From NCBI GenBank assembly GCA_963847625.1, contig CAWKAR010000013.1, forward strand, positions 1 to 64,000: DNA of 64,000 bases, written 5' to 3'. Shown one piece after another: positions 17,935 through 26,959 of this stretch. This stretch comes from a candidate division FCPU426 bacterium (GTDB taxonomy: Bacteria > Oederibacteriota > Muellerivitia > Muellerivitales > Muellerivitaceae). The position numbers were made by a program, and so were the translations under genes. Numbering within the stretch: the stretch's first letter is position 1; the number at the start of each line of letters is the position of its first letter. Under the pieces are notes generated by a model that saw nothing but the letters and a program-made list of their open reading frames with translations, was not told where the DNA came from and ran no database searches.

Positions 17935-20399
17935 GACAGATGGGGCGTTTGGAAACCGGGGTTTCAGTCTGGGTGGGAGCCAAAGGCGCGTTTTCAGCCT
18001 TGAACGAGGTCCCCAGGAACTTGGCGCCAAGGGCCTGGATCACGTTTCGAACCGCGTTCTCGCCCGAGGCCCCGCCTTTCAACCCTTCGGCGGCGGTATT
18101 GCGGATCATTTCCATGATCTTTTCAGGCGTCAGTTCGGTTGCCTTGCCGGCTGAGGCCGGAGCGACCGGCACAACGGTGTCGGCACTGACCGGCTCGGGT
18201 TCGCTTCCCCCGATGTAATTGGACATATCCGTCATGGTAAGCGCCGGATGTTTCACCTTTTCCAGGTGGGCCTTGAGGGACTTTGGGATCGCTTCCCACG
18301 GTTTCATCCGCGATCTGGTCGAAAAGTTCCGGACATCCCAGGCTCTTGAACAACCGTTCCAGGTCGGGTTTCAACAGTTCCTTCAGGGCCTTGGGCATCC
18401 ACACGATGCGCCGGTGGCCACCCTCCGCCGCCAAGAATTTGGGCGAGGTGAGGAATATCTTGCCCACTCCCATGAACCCTGGCGTTTGGGCCCCGCCTCC
18501 CACGTTTCCCGCCAGGGAGGAAAAGGTCATTCCGGCCGGGGTCTCGCCCAGGTACTCGCGGTTGACCGCCATGACGCCGTTCAAATCCGGCACATAGGCC
18601 ACGATGGCCTCGAAGCACCCGCAGGAGGTCATGGGCTTGTCCATGATGGAATAAAGCGCGTAGGAGGGAATGGTCTTGTGGCTGTTCAGGTACACGTAAT
18701 CATCCACGCCCTTGAAGATGCCCTTGGCCTTGTCCAGGCACTCGCCCTTGGCCACAGGCTGGTTAGGCCCGTTCTTGTCGATCTCGTAGGCCGCCTTGCC
18801 GTCGAGCCAGTTGTAGGCCCCGCAAAGTCCCAGGCGCTGGGGGGTGATGACGCAAACATGGTTGGGCGCGAAGGACTGGCACAACAGGCAGGAGTAGAAG
18901 GTCTCCACCGACTCGTCGGTCATGGCCTCCAGCCGCCGGTTGCGCTCATCGTAAATCTTGCGGGCCGTTTCCAGGCGCCGCTTGACCTCTTCCGCGTCCG
19001 TGATGAGCGTGACCTTGACCTTGTCCACAATGGAACCGTAGGAAGAGAGGATTTTGGCGTGGATGATTTCGCCGTAGTGCTTGAGGCGGAAACCCTTGGC
19101 GTAGGCCGCCTTGGAGACGCGCGTCCAGATGATGTCTCGCTGGCCCATGTGCCAAATGCCCTCGGCCCCGTTGATCATATGGTGGATCTGGCGCTCCAGG
19201 ATGGGCTCAAAATCGGCCTGCATTTTCCTTCCCGCGGCCTCTACCCAAATGGCCAAAGGCATCAGGCCGCCCGCCTCCACCTTGTCGATGTCGGGGCCGA
19301 CGATCTCGATTTCCCCATCCTTGATGTCATCCAACCCCGCCGAGGTCACGAACTCGAAGGCCGGGGTCTTGTTGCCGCCGAATTCCACGTGGGTGTCCTG
19401 CCGCCTGATTCTTTCCCCCTCAAACGCCGGGCCGTAGGCCACGGGAATGGGAACCTTGGTGACCTTGATCTTGCAGCCGCGAACCTTGAGGGCCGTTTCC
19501 ACCATGTCGGCGTGCTTAACGTTGGAGACCACGTGCTCGTAGGTGCAGACTCCCGTTGGCAGGATTTGGGGGATGTCGGTGTCGGCGATGACCGGGCATC
19601 CGTAGTTGATGGCACCGGCGGCGAGGGCGTACTTGTCGGGCGTCACTTCCCCAAAGGCAAGCACGAAGGCAAAGATGCGGTTCTTGCAGTAGCGGAGGTT
19701 GCCCTTGAAGTCGCCCGGCTTGACCCCGCCGAAGGAAAGCGCGGCGCGGTTGGCGAACCCGAGAGCGTAGATGAGGGAGGAAACGTCCTTCCCAAAGGGC
19801 ACCAGCCTGGTTTCCCAGCCCAATTGCACCCCGGCCTCGGCCAATTGGTCCGAGAACTGGACCCCGTTGAGACCCCCACCCATAAAGACGTAAAGGTTCT
19901 TCTCCTGGAGGGACCGGGCGATCGAAACGGCGGTTTTCTTGTCAGGCGCGGCTCCGGTGATGACGGCAAAACCCGGCGCGGATCCATCCACGAACTCCAC
20001 CCCCCGCTCGCGCAGGATCACGTCGTTGGGCGCGCCCAGCCAGATGCCATCCACGGGATTGGGACCGGTCACGTACTTGAGGGCCTCGATGATCTCGCAG
20101 GCGAATAAGGAGGCCACGCCCGCGTCCAGGGCCTGGCCGAGGTAAGGAAGCCAGTTATGCTCGGAAGGCCGGCCCGGCAGGAGTTTTTTTGCGCGCGCCA
20201 GGGCGCGTTTCAAGTCGCCCAACGTGGTGATCTTCTCGCCCGTGAAGGAATAGATGACCGGCAGGAAATAGGCCGTGTTGGGGAAGGAAACAGGAGCGGT
20301 TTCACCGCGGGTTTTGATTGCTTCCAGGAGCTTGGTCTCGGCTTGAGAAACCCATTGCAGGGCCCCGTCGATGGCGGAGGCGCAGATGACCTTAGACAT
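17924..20399 (-). CDS. acsB: Acetyl-CoA synthase (bacterial type), +1 frameshift at ~18283, followed by a linker-like extension
   Basis: FYSCLLCQSFAPNHVC...GLCGA, PMTSCGCFE; C-terminal HPALTM lies in the next frame. Confidence 0.94.
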
Positions 20400-20608
20400 C
20401 TAAAACCTCTTTTACCGCAGAGACACAGAAGCACAACCCAAAAAAGTTTAACTGCCGATAACGGCCGACGTGCTCCGCACGCGCCGATAACTGCTCATGG
20501 TTTAAAGCTTTCAAAACCTTATCGGCGTCCATCGGATTTGATCGGCGGTTCATAGCCTTTGCTTTTGGGGTTAAAAGTTTTTGCCTTTTTTGGTTTTTTA
20601 ACAGGTCC

Positions 20609-22558
20609 TTAAACAACGAGGCCCCTCCGGTCCTTCATATCGTACATCTTGCGTTCCTGCTTGCGGTTGATGCCAAGCCTGTCGCGGTCGGCTTCCAACA
20701 GTTCCAGGATTTTCTTCGCGGCCTCATGGGGATCGGTGCAGACATGGAAAGAAGCGCCGAAAGCCTCTCGGGCCCCCTCCCCCAGGAATTTTTCCACCTT
20801 CTCGGAACCGCCCACGTGGAAGGGATGGCCCAGCACCACGTCGATGCCGGAAGCCACGAAATAACATCCGATGGCCACGGCCTTTTCGCTCATCCACTCG
20901 GGCGCCACGCCCACCGCCGGGATTTGGGACAAATCGTCCCCCAATCCGCCTTCCCTGACGACCTCGGTGGCGGCTTCCAGGATGCGCGTGTTGTCCACAC
21001 AACTTCCCATATGCAGAACGGGTGGCATTCCGACCGCCTCGCAAACTTCCTTGAGACCGGCGCCAGCGAATTCCAGGGCGGCCTCCGGGGTGAGCATCCC
21101 TTCTTTGGCGGAAGCCAGGGCCGCGCATCCCGTCTTGAGAACAAGCACGTTGTTCTTCAACAACTCCTTAGTCAGGGTGTTGGTGTAGGAATCCACACGG
21201 ATTCTGGGATTGTTACATCCCACCAGGCCCGCTACCCCGCGGATGCGGCCCGAAATGATGGCGTCGTTCAAGGGCCGGAAGGAGGCACGGAAGGAGCCGC
21301 CCAGCATGTAGCGGATGGCCTCCACCGAGAAACCCGCCACGAGCGGGCTTTTGGCCTTGGGAATGGCAAGTTTTTTGGGGTCGCGTTTCTTAAAGTTCCC
21401 GATGGCTCGCATTAAGAGCGACTTGGCGGATTCCATCGCGTGGTCCTCATCAAAGGAGAAATGGTTGACGCCCACGGTCTTAGCGATGTCGGAAGTGGAA
21501 ACCACCTCGGTATGGTAGGAAGCTGCCACATCGGGCAGGCTCGGCATGCAGCATTGAACATCCACCAGAAGCATCTCGACCGCCCCGGTCACCACCGCCA
21601 GCTCCTGCTGGAGGAAGTTGCCGGCCACCGGTATCCCGTGCCGCATAAGGATTTCATTGGCCGTACAGCAGATACCCGCCAGGGTCACCCCGCCCTTGGC
21701 GCCGGCCTTGTGGGCCGCCTCGATGATTTGGGGGTCGCGCGAGGCGATGGCCAGGATTTCGGAAAGGGCGGGTTCGTGTCCGTGGACCACCACGTTCACC
21801 GTGTCGGTCCGAAGCACGCCCAGGTTGGCCTCGCCCTTGATGGGCATGGGGGTTCCGAAAAGAATATCGGTGACCGCGCTGGCGATGCGCGAGCCGCCCC
21901 AGCCGTCGGCCAGGGAAACCTGGAACGCGGATAAAAGAAGGTGGCGGTAATCGTGGTCCACGCCCATGGTGGAGCGGTGCATGGCTTCCACCACCATCCG
22001 GTCGATGCCCAGGGGTGACACGTGCTGCTTTTTCCAGGCCGCTTGTTGCTGGGCCGGGGCCAGTTTGAGCGTGGCCAGTGGATCCTCCTGGGAGGCGAAC
22101 TCGTAGAGGAAACGGTTGGCCAGGTCCAAGGCGACTTCCGGAACCCCGCGGCCTTCCTCGGGAACATTCCAGAGACGGGCATTGCGGCGGAGAGCTTCCT
22201 CGTCCTTGATGGCGTAATCCCCGCCCTTACCCTCGGCGGCCTTCTTTAACAAGAGAACCAAGTGGCGGCCATGGTCGGAATGGGCGGCCGTGCCGCCCGC
22301 CGCCTCGCGCAGGAAATTGCGGGCCACGATGGTATCCGCGTCCGCCCCGCATACGCCCCGGGGCGACTTGGCCGTGATGCGGCAAGGGCCCATGTGGCAC
22401 ACCCGGCAGCAAAGGCCCTCGGTGCCGAATTTGCAGGCGGTTCCCTGGGCGTCCACGCGAAGGAAGCAGGTTTCTACGCCTTCGCGCTCGGCCTTGGCCA
22501 GCGCCTCGACGGAAGCCAGGTCCCAGACCCTTTCTTCGGGTTTCTTTTTGGAAGCCAA
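20609..22558 (-). CDS. cooS: Anaerobic Ni-Fe carbon monoxide dehydrogenase catalytic subunit
   Basis: CCRVCHMGPC, HSDHGRH, HGHEP, GICCTANE, VDVQC, GCNN, HMGSCVDN, PEWMSEKA. Confidence 0.97.
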   Translation of the reverse strand: MASKKKPEERVWDLASVEALAKAEREGVETCFLRVDAQGTACKFGTEGLCCRVCHMGPCRITAKSPRGVCGADADTIVARNFLREAAGGTAAHSDHGRHLVLLLKKAAEGKGGDYAIKDEEALRRNARLWNVPEEGRGVPEVALDLANRFLYEFASQEDPLATLKLAPAQQQAAWKKQHVSPLGIDRMVVEAMHRSTMGVDHDYRHLLLSAFQVSLADGWGGSRIASAVTDILFGTPMPIKGEANLGVLRTDTVNVVVHGHEPALSEILAIASRDPQIIEAAHKAGAKGGVTLAGICCTANEILMRHGIPVAGNFLQQELAVVTGAVEMLLVDVQCCMPSLPDVAASYHTEVVSTSDIAKTVGVNHFSFDEDHAMESAKSLLMRAIGNFKKRDPKKLAIPKAKSPLVAGFSVEAIRYMLGGSFRASFRPLNDAIISGRIRGVAGLVGCNNPRIRVDSYTNTLTKELLKNNVLVLKTGCAALASAKEGMLTPEAALEFAGAGLKEVCEAVGMPPVLHMGSCVDNTRILEAATEVVREGGLGDDLSQIPAVGVAPEWMSEKAVAIGCYFVASGIDVVLGHPFHVGGSEKVEKFLGEGAREAFGASFHVCTDPHEAAKKILELLEADRDRLGINRKQERKMYDMKDRRGLVV

Positions 22559-22567
22559 TTCCCTCTC

Positions 22568-23335
22568 CTATTCCAACAAGGTCTTTAGAAAATCGTCGAT
22601 TCGGCGAACAAGCGGATGAGTGTCTTTCAATCCCGTTAGACTCATTCCCTTCTCGGCCAATTCCCCCACCTCCGGGTCATCCGGTAAGGCCAGGACTTTG
22701 GAAGCACCGATCTGGGCGGCTGTTTCCTTGGCCGCGTCGGGCAAATCCCCGTTACGAGAACGGTTCACGATCAGGGCGAGCTTTCCGTAAGAAATGCCCA
22801 TCTCCTTCGAGAGGGCGTGGAGGCGCTTTACGGTTTCCAATCCTGCCCTCGATGGGTCAGTCACCAGCACGAGAACATCCACCTTCGGCGCGATGCGCCG
22901 GGACAGGTTCTCCAGCCCGGCCTCGTTGTCCAGCACCACCGCCGGATACTTGGAAGAAAGCTTCTCGATCGTGGCCTTCAATACATTGTTGGCGTAGCAG
23001 TAACAGCCGGGGCCCTCGGGCCGCCCCATGGCGATCAAGTCAAAGTCCTTGGCTTCCACGATGGATTCGGCAATTTTGAGTTCCAACAGGTCCTGCTTGG
23101 AGACCCCCACCGCCATGCCGGTTCCCACGATTTGTTTCGCCGTCTCCCTGACGCCCCCTACGGTGCTTTCGGCTTTCACGCCCAGGGCCGCGTCCAGACA
23201 GCAATTGGGGTCCGCGTCGACGGCCAGGACCGGCTTTACGCCTTTCGCCGCCAGTCTCAGGATCAGGAGGGCCGAAACCGTGGTCTTACCCACGCCTCCC
23301 TTGCCCCCCACCGCGATCAACTTATTCCCAGCCAT
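22568..23335 (-). CDS. cooC: CooC/AcsF nickel-insertion ATPase
   Basis: GKGGVGKT, DADPN, GPGCYC, DNEAGLE. Confidence 0.93.
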   Translation of the reverse strand: MAGNKLIAVGGKGGVGKTTVSALLILRLAAKGVKPVLAVDADPNCCLDAALGVKAESTVGGVRETAKQIVGTGMAVGVSKQDLLELKIAESIVEAKDFDLIAMGRPEGPGCYCYANNVLKATIEKLSSKYPAVVLDNEAGLENLSRRIAPKVDVLVLVTDPSRAGLETVKRLHALSKEMGISYGKLALIVNRSRNGDLPDAAKETAAQIGASKVLALPDDPEVGELAEKGMSLTGLKDTHPLVRRIDDFLKTLLE

Positions 23336-23462
23336 CTTTCACCATGGGTGATAGTAATTGGTAACTATGAAGCCGTATTTTCATTCTTTTGCGGGTTTTA
23401 TTAAATGCGTTCAATCATAAAGGAGGCATAATTTTTAACGGATGACACACGGCTGGTGGCAG

Positions 23463-24236
23463 TTAGTTTTTATCCAGGGCCGCGAGTAAATCCTCGAATC
23501 TTTTCACCAGGCTGGGACTGTAGCCGTCCAGGGCAGGGCGCCCTTCGCGTTCCGCGCGCCTGATTTCATCCGAAATCGGAACCAAACCCAGGACGTTACC
23601 CGGCGGAAACGACCCCAAGATGAATTTTTCATCATCGGGGGACTGGATCTTGTTGCCGACGAACAGGATGTTCTTGAGCCCGATTTCCCCAGCGAGCTTT
23701 TCCACCTTCCGTGCGGTTTCAACGGACCTCTGGGAGGGCTCCACCACCACGAGCATCACGTCCACGCCCTTGGCCGTGCCCCGGCCCAGGTGCTCCACGC
23801 CCGCTTCCATGTCCATGACCAGCGAATCGCCCTTGTAAAGCACCAGGTCGGTGACCAGGGCCCTGAGAAGCGTGCTTTCCGGGCAGGCGCATCCGCTTCC
23901 CCCGCTTTCCACCGCGCCCAGCACCAGGAGGGCTACTCCGTTCTTGAGAGTGGCGTACCGGGGAGCGATGTCATCGACTTTGGGGTTCAATTGGAATACC
24001 TGGCCGTATTGCTTGACCTTGGCCCCGGTTCGCTCCTCGACGAGTTTCATCTGCCGGGAGATGGGAATGATTTTGGCCCTTTCCTCGGGCGAATATCCCA
24101 GGTAGGCGGCGAGACTTTCGGCGGGGTCGGCGTCCACGGCGAGCACTTTACGTCCTTGGCGGACCATCAAGAGGGCCAACGCGGCCGCGATCGTGGACTT
24201 GCCCGCTCCCCCTTTTCCCGACACCGCGATTTTCAT
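23463..24236 (-). CDS. cooC: CooC nickel-insertion ATPase
   Basis: MKIAVSGKGGAGKS, GSGCACPE, DMEAGVEHLGRGT; GGAGG RBS before 24236. Confidence 0.93.
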   Translation of the reverse strand: MKIAVSGKGGAGKSTIAAALALLMVRQGRKVLAVDADPAESLAAYLGYSPEERAKIIPISRQMKLVEERTGAKVKQYGQVFQLNPKVDDIAPRYATLKNGVALLVLGAVESGGSGCACPESTLLRALVTDLVLYKGDSLVMDMEAGVEHLGRGTAKGVDVMLVVVEPSQRSVETARKVEKLAGEIGLKNILFVGNKIQSPDDEKFILGSFPPGNVLGLVPISDEIRRAEREGRPALDGYSPSLVKRFEDLLAALDKN

Positions 24237-24563
24237 TACGACCTCCGGATGAACCAAAAATTTACACAGAGTAGGACTAATTGGATTGAAAAAATATGAA
24301 AAGAAACACACCTGTCCTAAATAATACTTAGCCACGGATACACGGGATTCATTGGATTAAGTGAACATAAATACTTAAAACCTTTTTCTTTAGTCTATCC
24401 GAGTGAATCCCCTGAATCTGTTCCGATCCTCCATAAAAAATTTTAGAGATCGGTACGATGCCAACCCCTTTTAAGATTAATAGAAGGCTGGTATGTGGCT
24501 AAAGACTTGGTTTTTACCCCGCGTTACTCAGTGTAACTCAGTGGTTCAAATGTAGTTATTCGT

Positions 24564-25625
24564 TTAGAAACCGTACTTGTGTTTGAGGAGTTTGGAGAGA
24601 TTGGCGAGGGTGTCGTAAACGAGCTCGGCGTCATGCGGGTCGAGCGTGCCCGTGCCGCAGGAGGGGGTCAAGATAGCCCTTTCGGCCAGCAAGGATGTTT
24701 TAATGCCCTTCTCCCCCAGCATCCGGAAGAAGTTTTCCAACTGGGAAGCCAGGCCGGCGGGCGTCTGGTCGTGGATAGCGTTGGAAGTCGGCACGATCCC
24801 CCATGCCAGGAAGCCTCCCCGCTCCAGGTGCGCCTTGACCGAGTCAGAATACATGGCCAGGGAACCGCCGCAGGTGAAAGCGTCGAAGTTGAGAATGTCC
24901 ACTCCCGCGTCCAAGGGGATGCTCCACTCGGTGTTGCCGCAGCAGTGGATGCCCGAGACCGCGCCGGCGCCCTTCACGGCATCCACCACTTCCTTGATCA
25001 TGGCCACCACGTCCTCGCGCCGTACGGACACGTAGGTCGAGCTGCCGAAGGCCGTCAAGATGGGCTCATCCACGAAGCAGATGACCCGCTCCGCGTAGGG
25101 CTTGAGGCGTTCGATCTGCCAGAGGCTCTTGACCACGGCCAGCTTGACGCAGAGGTCCCGGAACTCGTCGTTATAGTAAAGCGCCCGCTTGTCCTGGTCG
25201 GTTACGGTGAGGGTAAAGGTCAGGGGCCCGCAAGTCTGGCCCTTCACAAAGGAGCGTTTGCCGCCCTCGTCCTTCAGGCGGCGCTCCAGGGCGTGGAACC
25301 CGTGCGCGTAATCAAGGCCTAGTCCCAGGGAAGGGTCCACCCCGCCTCCCGTGACGGCCTTTTCGTACTTGGTGTAGAAATCGGCGAAGGCCTCCGAGTA
25401 GTCCCCGGACGTGTTCAGGTGCAGGCGGCTCTTGACGCGGTCCACCACGACGCAGGGCAGGCCTTCCGAATATTGGATTTCCATCTGCTCAGAAAAACCG
25501 ATTTTCGGCAATTGGGGCCAGTGGGGGGCGCGGGGTATTTTTGCCAGCACCATTTCCACCGCGTGTTCCGGGGACGTGTAAGGGAGGCTTCCAATGCCGG
25601 TGGCCAGGAATTTACCGAGTTCCAT
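24564..25625 (-). CDS. Core (folate-independent) methionine synthase, MesB-like
   Basis: ATGIGSLP, WPQLP, KGQTCGP, VDEP, zinc motif GIHCC, TPSCG; single MetE catalytic barrel of 353 aa. Confidence 0.8.
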   Translation of the reverse strand: MELGKFLATGIGSLPYTSPEHAVEMVLAKIPRAPHWPQLPKIGFSEQMEIQYSEGLPCVVVDRVKSRLHLNTSGDYSEAFADFYTKYEKAVTGGGVDPSLGLGLDYAHGFHALERRLKDEGGKRSFVKGQTCGPLTFTLTVTDQDKRALYYNDEFRDLCVKLAVVKSLWQIERLKPYAERVICFVDEPILTAFGSSTYVSVRREDVVAMIKEVVDAVKGAGAVSGIHCCGNTEWSIPLDAGVDILNFDAFTCGGSLAMYSDSVKAHLERGGFLAWGIVPTSNAIHDQTPAGLASQLENFFRMLGEKGIKTSLLAERAILTPSCGTGTLDPHDAELVYDTLANLSKLLKHKYGF

Positions 25626-25771
25626 GATGTTTTTCTCCGGGTGTTTATTTCATATTTTGGGAAGTAAGCGTGGAGAGGAGGTCCAAAACTTCCGCAAATA
25701 ATACCACTATGAGGCTGAAATTATCAGAGAAACAACGCGAAATATGAACTATAGCCACGGATCCCGGGGAC

Positions 25772-26422
25772 CTAAATTTTTTCCCCGAACCTCGCTTCCA
25801 TCAGCTTCTTGATTTCTTCCAGCACCTCCGCGGCCTGTTTGCCGTAGGCGATGAAGGTCAGCTTAGCCCCCTGGGCCGCGTTGATAGTGAGCAGGTTGAT
25901 CATGATGGACTTGAAATTGATGTAGGGCTTTCCCTGGAGGACGAAGTTGTAATGGTCCATTCCGCCTTCCTTGGAAACATACACGTCGGCGTCGTACTTG
26001 GCAGCCAAGGTGGCGAGGGTCCCCGCCGGGCGGACATGGATTCCATCCCGGTTCATCACCGTCGTTTCCAGGGTCAGGAAATTATTTTTCCCGAGGGCCT
26101 CGCTTTCTTCCCGATAGATCGCGGCATACTTGGCGCGCCAATCCTGGGCCGCATTTTCGATGCCGATGTCCCGGCCAGCCTTCTCGGACTCGATCCATCG
26201 GTATTTATTGATTTCATCCAATTGGCGTTGGTTCTGGAGCCGCACCTGTTCCTTGTGGAAATCCTCCATGTAGCGCTCCAGGAAATCCGCGATAGCCTCC
26301 TCAATGGGGACCTCCCGATTAAGGTTCTTTGAAAGGAGGTACTTGTGGACCATGATGGCCGACAATTCGGAAGGCGACAGGTTCCAGTTTTTGAAATTTT
26401 CCTTTTTCATCCATTCTTCCAT
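25772..26422 (-). CDS. Tandem DUF4032-like repeats fused to an HPr phosphocarrier domain
   Basis: HKYLLSKNLNREV..EEA / YRWIESEKAGRDIG..AAQDW; HPr motifs GIHVRPA and KSIM; RBS before 26422. Confidence 0.75.
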   Translation of the reverse strand: MEEWMKKENFKNWNLSPSELSAIMVHKYLLSKNLNREVPIEEAIADFLERYMEDFHKEQVRLQNQRQLDEINKYRWIESEKAGRDIGIENAAQDWRAKYAAIYREESEALGKNNFLTLETTVMNRDGIHVRPAGTLATLAAKYDADVYVSKEGGMDHYNFVLQGKPYINFKSIMINLLTINAAQGAKLTFIAYGKQAAEVLEEIKKLMEARFGEKI

Positions 26423-26959
26423 CGAACCGCCCTCCTCGAACTCCTGAAAACCGGCTTCAACCTTCCCCGAACGCCTGGCCTTGCTTCCTAAAATCATACC
26501 ACCTTCTCTTCAAGCGGGAGGGGTTTTGGTCGCGTCCCGTCCGGATCACGCATTTCAAACTTGACAAAGGCCGCGCCGTTGAAAGAGCGCCACAGCCGGG
26601 CGTCATCGGGTTTTTCAATTAAAATGAAGAGGTGAAAAAGTTGGGTAGTGGAAAGTTCGGGATTGCCATCGGCCGATATCATGGCCGCGCTTGAACGAAT
26701 TGGCAGAGCGCGCTTTTTTGCACAATTTGGTTCCTCAACTCATTTACCGCTAACACCGATCCGTTTTTCACTCTCCGCTACTAAGGGATAGTCAAAACCA
26801 AGCCCACTACATATAATAGTCGACAAGCAATCGGCTCCATTTCCCCTCGAAGGAAAACGTTCTTTTATTAAATCCTTCTCATTGGGTAGCGCGAAGAGTT
26901 CGCTTTGACTTTTTTTTTGAAAAAGTCTATTCGAATAAATATCACACGGAGGTTTTTGA

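Noticed and set aside
18219..20108. 629 aa plus-strand ORF and other long antisense ORFs in GC-rich genes
   Set aside because: Shadows of acsB, cooS and the TonB receptor caused by codon bias.
20392..20616. 74 aa ORF between cooS and acsB
   Set aside because: Made mostly of short periodic repeats with no recognisable domain; unsupported as a gene.
25757..25772. ggtccccgg (minus strand) resembling the site centre
   Set aside because: Lacks the GTCCA/TGGAC arms.
25626..26959. SAM or cobalamin riboswitch before the methionine synthase or TonB receptor
   Set aside because: No recognisable conserved riboswitch motifs by eye; an Rfam scan would be needed to exclude them.
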